In this document: one piece after another, positions 17,638-26,649 of the stretch
How positions within the stretch are numbered: the first letter of the stretch is position 1
How the letters are laid out: each line of letters begins with the position of its first letter
Assembly: GCA_021741645.1 (NCBI GenBank)
Contig: JAIOXK010000001.1
Coordinates: 27,656 to 91,655, forward strand
Reading direction: 5' to 3'
From: Candidatus Nanopelagicales bacterium
GTDB lineage: Bacteria; Actinomycetota; Actinomycetes; S36-B12
Length of the DNA stretch: 64,000 nucleotides
Position numbers and translations under genes: made by a program
Notes under the pieces: generated by a model
Told to the model about the DNA's origin: nothing
Databases searched by the model: none
The model's input: the letters and a program-made list of their open reading frames with translations, nothing else

Positions 17638-18861
17638 GTGGCCCGCACTTCCCCAGCTGCTCCATCGTCGGCGAATCGTGGCACGCCCACGTTGGTCGGC
17701 AGGGTCGCGGATCTGCTCAACCATCCGCTCAGCACGTACTACCTGCTTCTGGGAACGACGCTCCTGCTGCTCGCGCTCGGGCTGATCATGGTGCTGTCTG
17801 CGTCCAGCATCGAGAGTTTCAGGGTGCACGGATCGGCGTACACGCTGGCTCAGCGGCAGGGACTCTTCGCCGTCCTCGGCGTCATCGGCATGTTCTTCGC
17901 GGCGCGTACGTCAGTGCAGTTCTGGCGCGGTCTGGCTTGGCCGATCATCGGGGCTGCCTTCATCCTCCTCGTGGCTGTTCTCGTCATCGGAGTGGAGGTG
18001 GCGGGCCAGCGGAACTGGATCGAGATCGTCGGCCCCTTCCGACTTCAGCCATCTGAGTTCGCCAAGCTGGCCTTGGTGGTGTGGGGCGCCACCCTGCTGT
18101 CCAAGACGGGTCGACATGTCCCCACCTGGTCTGCCCTGCTCGTTCCCGTCCTCCCGGTGGCCGCAGCCATGATGCTTCTCGTCCTGCTCGAGGGGGACTT
18201 CGGAAACACGATCATGCTGGCCGCCATCACCGTGGGCATGCTGTTCGCGGCGGGTGCCCCCTTGCGCCTGTTCGTGGCGCTCGCGGGGGTCGGTGCTGTG
18301 GGCGTGGTCCTCATCACCCTGGCAGCGCCGTACCGCATGCAGCGATTCACGTCCTGGCTCGATCCGGATGCCGACCGCCTCGGATTCGGCTGGCAGGTCA
18401 GCCAGGGGCAGTACGCGCTGGGCACGGGCGGCTTCTGGGGCGTGGGGCTGGGCGCCAGCCGCGAGAAGTGGGGCTCGCTGCCCGAGGCGCACACCGACTT
18501 CATCTTCCCCGTCATCGGCGAGGAGCTCGGGCTGTTCGGGACCCTCTCCGTTCTGGTGCTCTTCGGCTTGCTGGCATTCGCGGTATTCCGGCTCTCGCGC
18601 AACACGGAGGACACCTTCGTTCGTCTGGCGGCGGCCGGAGTGGGCTCCTGGATCGTGGTGCAGGCGGTGATCAACGTAGGCGGTGTTCTGGGGCTCCTTC
18701 CCGTCACCGGCGTGACCCTTCCCCTGGTGTCCTACGGCGGGTCGTCCCTCGTCTGGACTCTCGCCGCTATCGGAATGCTGCTGGCGTTCGCTCGCGCAGA
18801 ACCAGATACGCGGCGGGCGCTCCGTCGGCGCAGCACCGCCCAGTCACTTCGTCGGCGCTGA
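17638..18861 (+). CDS. ftsW: SEDS-family peptidoglycan glycosyltransferase FtsW
   Basis: ORF 17539..18861 trimmed to GTG 17638, 5 nt after the murD stop. Polytopic, with FRLQPSEFAKLALV, PEAHTDFIF and LPLVSYGGSS. Confidence 0.93.
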   Translation: MARTSPAAPSSANRGTPTLVGRVADLLNHPLSTYYLLLGTTLLLLALGLIMVLSASSIESFRVHGSAYTLAQRQGLFAVLGVIGMFFAARTSVQFWRGLAWPIIGAAFILLVAVLVIGVEVAGQRNWIEIVGPFRLQPSEFAKLALVVWGATLLSKTGRHVPTWSALLVPVLPVAAAMMLLVLLEGDFGNTIMLAAITVGMLFAAGAPLRLFVALAGVGAVGVVLITLAAPYRMQRFTSWLDPDADRLGFGWQVSQGQYALGTGGFWGVGLGASREKWGSLPEAHTDFIFPVIGEELGLFGTLSVLVLFGLLAFAVFRLSRNTEDTFVRLAAAGVGSWIVVQAVINVGGVLGLLPVTGVTLPLVSYGGSSLVWTLAAIGMLLAFARAEPDTRRALRRRSTAQSLRRR

Positions 18862-18862
18862 C

Positions 18863-19936
18863 ATGCATGTCCTGCTCGCCGCTGGCGGCACAGCGGGGCA
18901 CGTTGAGCCGGCACTCAACGTGGCCGACGCACTTCGCAGAAGCGATCCGGACATCGAGATCACTGTGCTCGGGGGCGAGCGCGGACTGGAAAGCGCACTG
19001 GTGCCGGCACGCGGCTATGACCTGGTCACGGTTCCCAGCGTGCCCATGCCGAGGCGACCGGGCCGAGATCTCCTGGCTTTGGGGCCACGAGTACGACGCG
19101 CGGTTCGGCAGACGGTGCAGATCCTTCGCAGCGAGCACGTGGATGTCGTCGTGGGATTCGGCGGATACGCGGCAGTTCCTGCGTACCTCGCAGCGAGGCG
19201 CACGCATACTCCGCTCGTCATTCATGAGGCCAACGCCAGACCTGGGTGGGCCAATCGGCTGGGCGCTCGGTTCACGCGCCACGTCTACGCGAGCTTCCCT
19301 GAGTCGATGGCCGGAGCCCGCCCCATGGCGCTTCCGCTGCGCCATTCCCTCGCGACGCTGGATCGCGCGGATGCTCGCGCAGCGGCTCGCAGTCACTTCG
19401 GTCTCGGCCAGGACTCGCGGGTGCTCCTGGTCTTCGGCGGCTCCCAGGGAGCTCAGCGACTCAACGCGGTAGTGGCAGCGGCGCTGCCGGCACTTCGTGC
19501 GCAGGGCATCGACGTGCTGCATGCGTATGGCTCGCGCAACGACCCGCCCGCTCCGAGCCCGGGGTATGTGGCCGTCCCCTTCATCGAGCGCATGGACCTT
19601 GCCTACGCTGCGGCTGACATCGCTCTGACCCGAGCGGGTGCCATGACCTGCGCGGAGCTCGCGGCCGTCGGACTGCCCGCCATCTACGTTCCCCTGCCCA
19701 TCGGCAATGGGGAGCAGCGGCTGAACGCGCTCCCCGTGGTCTCGGCCGGCGGAGGTCTTATTCGTGAGGACGACGACCTCACTGCGGAGTGGCTCGTCGA
19801 AACCGTGGCCTCGGTGCTGCACGATGAAGGCAGGCTGCTGGCCATGGAGGCGGCGGCCTCCCGGCATGGGGTCCGCGATGCGGATGATCTCCTGGCCCGG
19901 GCGGTTCTGCAGGCAGCGACAGGAGGACGAGGATGA
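18863..19936 (+). CDS. murG: UDP-GlcNAc--lipid I N-acetylglucosaminyltransferase
   Basis: 357 aa with LLAAGGTAGHVEPAL and FGGSQGA motifs. Confidence 0.95.
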   Translation: MHVLLAAGGTAGHVEPALNVADALRRSDPDIEITVLGGERGLESALVPARGYDLVTVPSVPMPRRPGRDLLALGPRVRRAVRQTVQILRSEHVDVVVGFGGYAAVPAYLAARRTHTPLVIHEANARPGWANRLGARFTRHVYASFPESMAGARPMALPLRHSLATLDRADARAAARSHFGLGQDSRVLLVFGGSQGAQRLNAVVAAALPALRAQGIDVLHAYGSRNDPPAPSPGYVAVPFIERMDLAYAAADIALTRAGAMTCAELAAVGLPAIYVPLPIGNGEQRLNALPVVSAGGGLIREDDDLTAEWLVETVASVLHDEGRLLAMEAAASRHGVRDADDLLARAVLQAATGGRG

Positions 19937-21372
19937 CGGACGCGTCGACAGATGCGGACGTGACCTCCGAGGATTCCGCGGTGGCACCCGCCCGCGTGCA
20001 CATCGTGGGCATCGGCGGCGCAGGGATGTCGGGCATCGCCCGGATCATGGTCGCTCAGGGAATCCAGGTCTCGGGCTCCGACGCCAAGGAGTCGCGTCGG
20101 CTGCAGGCGCTCAGGGCCGTAGGCGTGGATGCGAGAGTGGGCCACGACGCCGCTCTCGTGGAGGGAGTCGATGCCCTCGTGGTGTCCACGGCCATCCCGG
20201 AGTCCAATCCGGAGCGGGTCGCCGCTCGGGAGATGGGCGTCGAGGAGTGGAGTCGAGCTCGCGCACTTGCCGCCGTCATGACGGACAGTCAGGGCGTAGC
20301 CGTATCCGGCACACACGGCAAGACCACCACCACCTCCATGCTCACGGTGGCCCTTCAACACTGTGGCGCCGATCCGTCCTTTGCCATCGGAAGCGAGATC
20401 AACGAGTCCGGTTCCAACGCCCACTTGGGGTCGGGAAGCTACTTCGTGGTCGAGGCCGATGAGAGTGACGGTGCCTTCCTGCACCTGTCTCCGGTGGCGG
20501 CGATCGTGACGAATGTCGAACCGGACCATCTTGACCACTGGGGAACGTTCGAGGCGATCGAGGAGGCATTCGCCGACTTCGCGGAGGGTGTGGGGGACCG
20601 AGGCGGGTTCGTCGTGGTGTGCGTGGACGACCCCGGCGGGGAGCGACTCGCAGAGCGCGCTCGAGGAGCGGGAGTCGACGTCCGGACATACGGCCAGTCC
20701 GCTGCCGCCGACTTTCGGCTCGTCGACGCGGCACCCGTCGAGACTGGCTGGCGGTTCGACACCGTTCACAACGGCGTCCGGCTCGGAGAGATCTCCCTGC
20801 AGGTACCCGGCCGACACAATGCGCTGAACGCGCTCGCCGCATTCGCCTGTGGGCTGGGTCTGGGATTCGCGGCGGCCGACCTCCGGGCCGGACTCGAGAG
20901 CTTCAGCGGCACTCGTCGACGTTTCGACTTCAAGGGTCAGGCGGCAGGAGTTCGCGTCTACGACGACTATGCCCATCACCCGACCGAGATCCACGCGACG
21001 TTGGAGGCAGCGCGCGAGGTCGTCGGATCGGGTCGACTCGTGGTGGCTTTCCAGGCCCATCACTACTACCGGACAGCGATGTTCGTCGAGGAGTTCGGGG
21101 CTGCACTCGGCCTTGCCGATGACGTGGTGGTGCTGGAGGTCTTCGCGCCCGGTGAGCAGCCCATTCCAGGAGCCAGCGGGCAGACGATGGCGGCCCGCGT
21201 ACCCCTGGATTCAGCCCATGTGGTGTTCGAGCCGTCATGGTCGGCCGTGGCCGGCCATCTGGCTGACCGGGCGAGTGCCGGCGACATCATCATGACTCTG
21301 GGCGCAGGTGACATCGGACTGATCGGCATGGAAGTGCTGGAGCTCCTGCGGTCGCGAGAGCCTCGCTCATGA
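19933..21372 (+). CDS. murC: UDP-N-acetylmuramate--L-alanine ligase
   Basis: 479 aa with VHIVGIGGAGMSGIA and VSGTHGKTTTTSM. There is an ATGA overlap with murG. Confidence 0.95.
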   Translation: MTDASTDADVTSEDSAVAPARVHIVGIGGAGMSGIARIMVAQGIQVSGSDAKESRRLQALRAVGVDARVGHDAALVEGVDALVVSTAIPESNPERVAAREMGVEEWSRARALAAVMTDSQGVAVSGTHGKTTTTSMLTVALQHCGADPSFAIGSEINESGSNAHLGSGSYFVVEADESDGAFLHLSPVAAIVTNVEPDHLDHWGTFEAIEEAFADFAEGVGDRGGFVVVCVDDPGGERLAERARGAGVDVRTYGQSAAADFRLVDAAPVETGWRFDTVHNGVRLGEISLQVPGRHNALNALAAFACGLGLGFAAADLRAGLESFSGTRRRFDFKGQAAGVRVYDDYAHHPTEIHATLEAAREVVGSGRLVVAFQAHHYYRTAMFVEEFGAALGLADDVVVLEVFAPGEQPIPGASGQTMAARVPLDSAHVVFEPSWSAVAGHLADRASAGDIIMTLGAGDIGLIGMEVLELLRSREPRS

Positions 21373-22085
21373 TGTCCACAGCGGCTCCCACCCGACGGCC
21401 CCAGTTCACCGATCCACGCCCGACACGTCGCCGTCGGCAGCGGTGGGCGATTGCCCTGGGCATCGTGGTGATTGCCGCCACGACCGTGTGGATCGTGTGG
21501 TTCTCGAGCCTCCTTGAAGTTCGGGACGTCCGCGTTCTCGGTGCCGAGGGTGCGCGCGCAGATGAGGTGAGCTCCGTGGCATCGATCCCATTGGGTGTCC
21601 CGCTGGCACGGCTCGACACTGCCGAGGCCGAGCGCGCCCTCCGGCAACTGCCCTGGGTGGCGGCGGCCGAAGTGCGCCGAGGGTGGCCATCTGAGGTGGT
21701 GATCGCTGTCGAGACCCGAGAGCCCGTCGCGGCGCTGGCGAGCGATCCGCAGCGCACGGCTATCGACAAGGACGGCGTCGTCTTCGAGGCAGCCGAGGTC
21801 TTGCCGAAGAAGCTGCCGAAGGTGACGGCCGAGGGTGCGGCGCTGCCGGCTGCCATGCAGGTGCTGGTCACCCTTCCTGAGGACTTGAGCAAGCGAGTCG
21901 TGGCGGTCACCGCCACCACACTTGATGACATCGACCTGAGCCTGCGGTCAGGCGACACCGTTCGCTGGGGCAGTGCGGACCGGGGAGACGTCAAGGCCGA
22001 GGTCCTGAGGGCACTGCTCAAGCGCAAGGCGGACCTGTATGACGTGTCGGCACCAGAGTTGCCGACCACGTTCCGGTTGAACTGA
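21369..22085 (+). CDS. ftsQ: cell division protein FtsQ (POTRA domain)
   Basis: 238 aa with a basic N-terminus, a TM (WAIALGIVVIAATTVWIVWF) and a POTRA-like LLEVRDVRVLG. There is an ATGA overlap with murC. Confidence 0.85.
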   Translation: MMSTAAPTRRPQFTDPRPTRRRRQRWAIALGIVVIAATTVWIVWFSSLLEVRDVRVLGAEGARADEVSSVASIPLGVPLARLDTAEAERALRQLPWVAAAEVRRGWPSEVVIAVETREPVAALASDPQRTAIDKDGVVFEAAEVLPKKLPKVTAEGAALPAAMQVLVTLPEDLSKRVVAVTATTLDDIDLSLRSGDTVRWGSADRGDVKAEVLRALLKRKADLYDVSAPELPTTFRLN

Positions 22086-22198
22086 GCCGGCCTCGTCAAC
22101 AGCCCTTGATCGGGCCGTTCATGAAGGGGCCTCAACCAAGGGTCGAGACTTTGGTTGCCGAAAATGGCGATCTCACCTTGCGCAACACCCGTCACACG

Positions 22199-22259
22199 CC
22201 CTAACCTCCCGGCCGTTCGTTGACCGGATGAAGTTTCAGTCTCATGTTGAGGTTGAGGG
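22199..22259 (+). promoter_or_regulatory. candidate structured element in the ftsZ leader
   Basis: CCCTAACCTC (22199-22208) pairs with GAGGTT-G-AGGG (22249-22259), giving 10 bp with a 1-nt bulge. It encloses an AT-richer 40 nt and lies about 90 bp upstream of the ftsZ GTG. Confidence 0.35.
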
Positions 22260-22345
22260 TTCAGGTCGACGGGCAGAGGAAGTGACGGACAGCAACGTTG
22301 CTGGGTGCAAGGACTCGGTGGCACTGATCGAAGGGACGGAAGGCC

Positions 22346-23452
22346 GTGGCGGCTCCGCAGAACTACTTGGCAGTGATCAAGGTCGTCGGTATCGGTGGCG
22401 GCGGCGTGAACGCTGTGAACCGCATGATCGAGGTCGGACTCAAGGGAGTGGAGTTCATCGCGATCAACACTGACGCGCAGGCACTGCTCATGAGCGATGC
22501 CGACGTCAAGCTCGACATCGGGCGTGAGCTCACCCGGGGACTCGGCGCCGGCGCCAACCCGGAGGTGGGCAAGAAGGCGGCTGAGGATCACCTCGAGGAG
22601 ATCGAGGAGGTGCTCAAGGGCGCGGACATGGTCTTCGTGACAGCCGGCGAGGGCGGCGGAACCGGAACCGGTGGCGCGCCCGTCGTGGCCCGGGTCGCCC
22701 GCTCACTCGGTGCCCTGACCATCGGCGTGGTCACCCGACCGTTCGGCTTCGAGGGCCGTCGTCGACAGTCCCAGGCCGAGGCCGGTGTCGATTCCCTCCG
22801 CAGCGAGGTCGACACCCTCATCGTCATCCCCAACGATCGACTGCTGTCGCTGGCCGACCGCAACATCAGCGTCATCGACGCCTTCCGGCAGGCCGACCAT
22901 GTGCTCCTGCAGGGTGTCTCCGGCATCACCGACCTGATCACCACCCCGGGCCTGATCAACCTTGACTTCGCGGACGTCAAGAGCGTCATGCATTCGGCTG
23001 GATCGGCTCTCATGGGCATCGGCTCTGCGCGCGGTGAGGATCGGGCCGTTGAGGCGGCCGAGAAGGCGATTTCCAGCCCGCTTCTGGAGGCAGGCATCGA
23101 CGGGGCCCATGGGGTCCTGCTGTCGGTCTCGGGCGGTAGCGACCTGGGCCTGTTCGAGATCAACGAGGCGGCGAGGCTCGTCTCGGATGCCGCTCATCCC
23201 GATGCCAACATCATCTTCGGCGCCGTGATCGACGACACGCTCGGCGATGAGGTCCGAGTGACCGTCATCGCGGCTGGCTTCGATGGTGGCGAACCGCCGA
23301 CCAAGAAGGCTGTCAGCGCCGGTTCGACAGCTCGGCTGCGTGACGGCGACACCGGCGAGGTGCCGGCCGTCGTCGCGCCAGGTGGTCCGTCTCGGATGAT
23401 CGCCTTCGATGATGCCGACGACGATCTCGATATTCCTGACTTCCTGAAGTAG
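22346..23452 (+). CDS. ftsZ: cell division GTPase FtsZ
   Basis: 368 aa with [28 protein letters not shown] and the C-terminal peptide [14 protein letters not shown] start with GAAGGGACGGAAGG upstream. Confidence 0.98.
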   Translation: MAAPQNYLAVIKVVGIGGGGVNAVNRMIEVGLKGVEFIAINTDAQALLMSDADVKLDIGRELTRGLGAGANPEVGKKAAEDHLEEIEEVLKGADMVFVTAGEGGGTGTGGAPVVARVARSLGALTIGVVTRPFGFEGRRRQSQAEAGVDSLRSEVDTLIVIPNDRLLSLADRNISVIDAFRQADHVLLQGVSGITDLITTPGLINLDFADVKSVMHSAGSALMGIGSARGEDRAVEAAEKAISSPLLEAGIDGAHGVLLSVSGGSDLGLFEINEAARLVSDAAHPDANIIFGAVIDDTLGDEVRVTVIAAGFDGGEPPTKKAVSAGSTARLRDGDTGEVPAVVAPGGPSRMIAFDDADDDLDIPDFLK

Positions 23453-24213
23453 TGCTGGTGCGTCCACCCCACGGTGGTGTCGTCGCGCCTTCCACTCCCG
23501 GTGGCCGTCCAGCAATCTGGGCGGCCACCGGTCGTTCCGGGGGCTTCAGTGAGGGCCCGTTCGCATCCATGAACCTCGCACTCCACGTGGGGGACCACCC
23601 CGAGGCCGTTCGCGCCAACCGAGAGGCCCTGCGCGGCCGGGTCGAGGCCACGGGACTTGCCGTGCTGTCGGCCGTCCACGGTGCTGACGTGGCGGTTGTT
23701 GATGAACCGGGTGAGGTCGTGGGAGCCGATGCCGTGATCACCCGGACCCCGGGCCTGGGAGTGGTCGCACTGGGGGCGGACTGCGTCACCGTGGCCGTCA
23801 TCGGTGATGACGACCTCACCGTGGCCGCCGTGCACTGCGGCTGGCAAGGGCTGGTGCTCGGGGTACTGCCGGCCGCCATCGCGAGGATGGCCGACATGGG
23901 CGTCGCGCCCGTTCAGATCATTCTCGGCCCGTCGATCTGCGGCTCGTGCTACCCCGTACCGCTGGACCGTGTCGATCGCGTGCGCTCATCGTGCTCGGAT
24001 CAGGTGGCTCGGTCCTCCTTGGTGGAATGTCCCGATGGCCAGCCCGGCATCGACGTGCGAGAGGGCCTGCGTGCTCAAGTCATCGAATGCGGTGTCTCGG
24101 CGGACCTCGTCCTATCGGTAGGCGGCTGCACCTTCGAGGACCCTGAGCTGTTCTCCCACCGGCGGGACGGCCGCACGGGGCGACACGGCATGGTCGTCGT
24201 GCGGAGTGAGTGA
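23452..24213 (+). CDS. pgeF: peptidoglycan editing factor PgeF (YfiH/DUF152, laccase-domain family)
   Basis: 253 aa with GADCVTVAV, VHCGWQG and CTFEDPELFSHRRDG motifs. The GTG start overlaps the last base of the ftsZ TAG. Confidence 0.85.
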   Translation: MLVRPPHGGVVAPSTPGGRPAIWAATGRSGGFSEGPFASMNLALHVGDHPEAVRANREALRGRVEATGLAVLSAVHGADVAVVDEPGEVVGADAVITRTPGLGVVALGADCVTVAVIGDDDLTVAAVHCGWQGLVLGVLPAAIARMADMGVAPVQIILGPSICGSCYPVPLDRVDRVRSSCSDQVARSSLVECPDGQPGIDVREGLRAQVIECGVSADLVLSVGGCTFEDPELFSHRRDGRTGRHGMVVVRSE

Positions 24214-24284
24214 CCTGCGCGAGAGGATGCGGAGCGAGTCCTCAAGGCTGAGATTGAGGGAGAGATTGAGGAAGAGGATGAAAG

Positions 24285-25058
24285 GTGTCGACTGACGACG
24301 AGTCCGCTCGCCGTGCGGAACTGTCTGCGGGGCTGGGCGAGGTCCGTTCTCGAATCGATGCCGGGTGCGAGGCGGCGGGGCGCACCGATGAGGTGCGACT
24401 GGTCGTCGTCACCAAGACCTTCCCTGCCACGGATGTATCCCTGCTGGCCGATCTGGGCGTCGCCGATGTGGGAGAGAACCGGGATCAGGAGGCGAAGGCC
24501 AAGCGCGAGCTGGTGGATGCGTGGGCCAAAGGCGAGCTGGTGGATGCGGGGCGCCCGATCTCCCCGCTGCCGCGTTGGCACATGATCGGCCAACTGCAGC
24601 GCAACAAGGCACGGTCGGTCGCCGCATGGGCGGATGTCGTGGAGTCGGTGGATCGGCTCTCGCTGGTCGCGGCCCTCGGCCGGGCAGCCGTGGAGGCGGA
24701 GCGGCCGTTGGAGATCCTGCTCCAGGTCAACCTCGATCCTGATCCAGCGCCAGGCAGGGGAGGAGCCCTCCCGGAGGAGATACCCGCGCTGGGCGACGCG
24801 GTAGCCGCCGAGCAGGGCCTACGGCTTGCGGGAGTCATGGGTGTGGCCCCGAATCCAGGCGCTGGCGATCCCGGCCCGTCCGCCCTTGCCGCATTCGTGC
24901 GGCTGGCTGCCCTGTCCGAGCGGCTGCGCGAGGCGCACCCCGAGGCGGTGGAGATCTCCGCCGGGATGAGCGGAGACCTCGAGGAGGCCATTCGAGCAGG
25001 GGCGACACAGGTGCGCGTGGGGGGCGCGATACTCGGGCCTCGGCCTCCTGTGCAGTAA
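24285..25058 (+). CDS. yggS: YggS-family pyridoxal-phosphate homeostasis protein (YlmE)
   Basis: 257 aa with VVVTKTFP (PLP lysine), GENRDQE, WHMIGQLQRNK and VRVGGAILG. An in-frame stop lies immediately upstream of GTG 24285. Confidence 0.9.
   Translation: MSTDDESARRAELSAGLGEVRSRIDAGCEAAGRTDEVRLVVVTKTFPATDVSLLADLGVADVGENRDQEAKAKRELVDAWAKGELVDAGRPISPLPRWHMIGQLQRNKARSVAAWADVVESVDRLSLVAALGRAAVEAERPLEILLQVNLDPDPAPGRGGALPEEIPALGDAVAAEQGLRLAGVMGVAPNPGAGDPGPSALAAFVRLAALSERLREAHPEAVEISAGMSGDLEEAIRAGATQVRVGGAILGPRPPVQ
24505..24548 (+). repeat. 17-bp perfect direct repeat at 27-bp spacing inside yggS
   Basis: GCGAGCTGGTGGATGCG at 24505-24521 and 24532-24548, encoding RELVDAWAK/GELVDAGRP. Confidence 0.85.
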
Positions 25059-25165
25059 CGTCGGGGCATTGGGACGCTGGAGGTCAGCGCCCCCGATCGG
25101 TTCCGTTCGCGGGGCCGCCCGCATCTGATACGCAGGTGCGCGGTAGTCATGGGAGGCAGCAGGCG

Positions 25166-25738
25166 ATGGCTGGCGCGATGCGCAAGATGGCCGTGTACCT
25201 GGGTCTGGTCGAGGACCACGGCGACGAGGATGCCTACGACGAGTACGCCGAATACGAGGACGCGCGTCGCAGCTCTCGCGACGGCCGCTCACGCGGGTAC
25301 GACCCGGCACCCCAGGACGATCGATACGAGCCTCGCAGCGTCCGACCGATCCCTGATTCGCGGGCAGTGCGCACCTTCCGCAGCGATGCACCGCCCCCCA
25401 GCAGCCCGACGGCGGCGCCGCTGGCGGATCGACGTCCCAGCTACGCGGCCGCCCCGGATCTCTCCCGGATCGAGACCATCCACCCACGCAGCTACAACGA
25501 TGCCCGCCGGATCGGCGAGCACTACCGTGAAGGCGTGCCGGTCATCATGAATCTCTCGGAGCTGGATGATCCCGATGCCAAGCGGATCATCGACTTCGCT
25601 GCCGGCCTGGTGTTCGGCATGCGCGGCTCGATTGAGCGCATCACCAACAAGGTCTTCCTCCTGTCGCCTGTTAACGTCGACATTGGTGATGTCGCGAAGG
25701 CGCAGATCGCTGAGGATGGATTCTTCAACCAGAGCTAG
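25166..25738 (+). CDS. sepF: cell division protein SepF
   Basis: ORF 25136..25738 trimmed to ATG 25166 (MAGAMRKMAVYLGLVED, a membrane-targeting helix). The C-terminal SepF core reads PRSYNDARRIGEHYREGVPVIMNLSELDDPDAKRIIDFAAGLVFG. Confidence 0.9.
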   Translation: MAGAMRKMAVYLGLVEDHGDEDAYDEYAEYEDARRSSRDGRSRGYDPAPQDDRYEPRSVRPIPDSRAVRTFRSDAPPPSSPTAAPLADRRPSYAAAPDLSRIETIHPRSYNDARRIGEHYREGVPVIMNLSELDDPDAKRIIDFAAGLVFGMRGSIERITNKVFLLSPVNVDIGDVAKAQIAEDGFFNQS

Positions 25739-25776
25739 TTCGTCCGTACCCGCCAGCAGCCCTACAGGAGTGATTC

Positions 25777-26076
25777 GTGTCGATCGTCTTCGAGGTGATC
25801 GCGCTTGCGCTGCTGGCCTTCTGGCTGCTTCTGCTGGCTCGGCTGGTGTTCGACCTCGTACAGGCCTTCTCTCGCGGGTGGCGGCCGAGCGGACCCCTGC
25901 TGATCCTGCTCGAGGTCATCTACTCCATCACCGATCCGCCGCTGAAGGGCCTGCGCAAGATCATTCCGCCGTTGCGGATCGGGCAGATGTCCTTCGACCT
26001 CGCGTTCTTGATCCTGCTGCTCGGCACCAACATCCTGATCTCGATCGTGCGCGGGCTCGGCGCTTCTTTCGCCTAG
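25777..26076 (+). CDS. yggT: YggT-family membrane protein (YlmG)
   Basis: 99 aa with two hydrophobic blocks and the conserved ITDPPLKGLRKIIPP motif. Confidence 0.85.
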   Translation: MSIVFEVIALALLAFWLLLLARLVFDLVQAFSRGWRPSGPLLILLEVIYSITDPPLKGLRKIIPPLRIGQMSFDLAFLILLLGTNILISIVRGLGASFA

Positions 26077-26139
26077 CGCGCACTCGAGCGTGATCACACA
26101 CACGCAACGAAGAGTCGCAGCAGGGAAGGAGACAGCGTC

Positions 26140-26586
26140 ATGCCATTGACTTCAGCAGAGGTCCGCGCCGTGCAATTCGGCACCACGCGGCTGCGCAGCG
26201 GCTACGACATGGACGAGGTGGACTCCTTCCTCGACATCATTGAAGCGGACATCGGTCAACTGACCGACGAATTGCAGCGTTCGCGAGATGGCGAGGCCGT
26301 TCTGCGCACTCAGTGCGATCAGCTTCAGTCCCGGCTGGCAGCGGCCGAGCAGCGCCTTGCCGCAGAGCCGACGCTGAACCCCTCAGCTCAGGCTCGAGAG
26401 CGAGCGGTCGAGATCACCGCCGAGCTGCAGGCCGTGCTGGCCGACCACCCGGACGCCGCACACGTGGTATCCGCCGCCGAGCGCACCGCCGAGGAGATCG
26501 TTCGCGCAGCTCAGCAGGAGGCCGATGCCATTCGCGCATCGGTGCGGTCGATGCTTGATGCGCAGAGGGCTCTCCTGGGCAGTTAG
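26140..26586 (+). CDS. divIVA: DivIVA-domain protein (Wag31-like), short form
   Basis: 148 aa with the N-terminal lipid-binding domain MPLTSAEVRAVQFGTTRLRSGYDMDEVDSFLD followed by a coiled-coil. Position after yggT is canonical. Confidence 0.8.
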   Translation: MPLTSAEVRAVQFGTTRLRSGYDMDEVDSFLDIIEADIGQLTDELQRSRDGEAVLRTQCDQLQSRLAAAEQRLAAEPTLNPSAQARERAVEITAELQAVLADHPDAAHVVSAAERTAEEIVRAAQQEADAIRASVRSMLDAQRALLGS

Positions 26587-26649
26587 TGCCCCGCTGGGTG
26601 CATCCTCGACTGTGCGCACCCCACTGTGGAGATCCTCCTGGCCGCACGG

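Noticed and set aside
16157-17665. 502-aa minus-strand ORF
   Set aside because: It is antisense to murD, with shadow-ORF composition and no family signature.
22228-22473. 81-aa plus ORF spanning the ftsZ start
   Set aside because: It is out of frame with ftsZ, overlaps its conserved N-terminus, and lies in the AT-richer leader. No motif is present.
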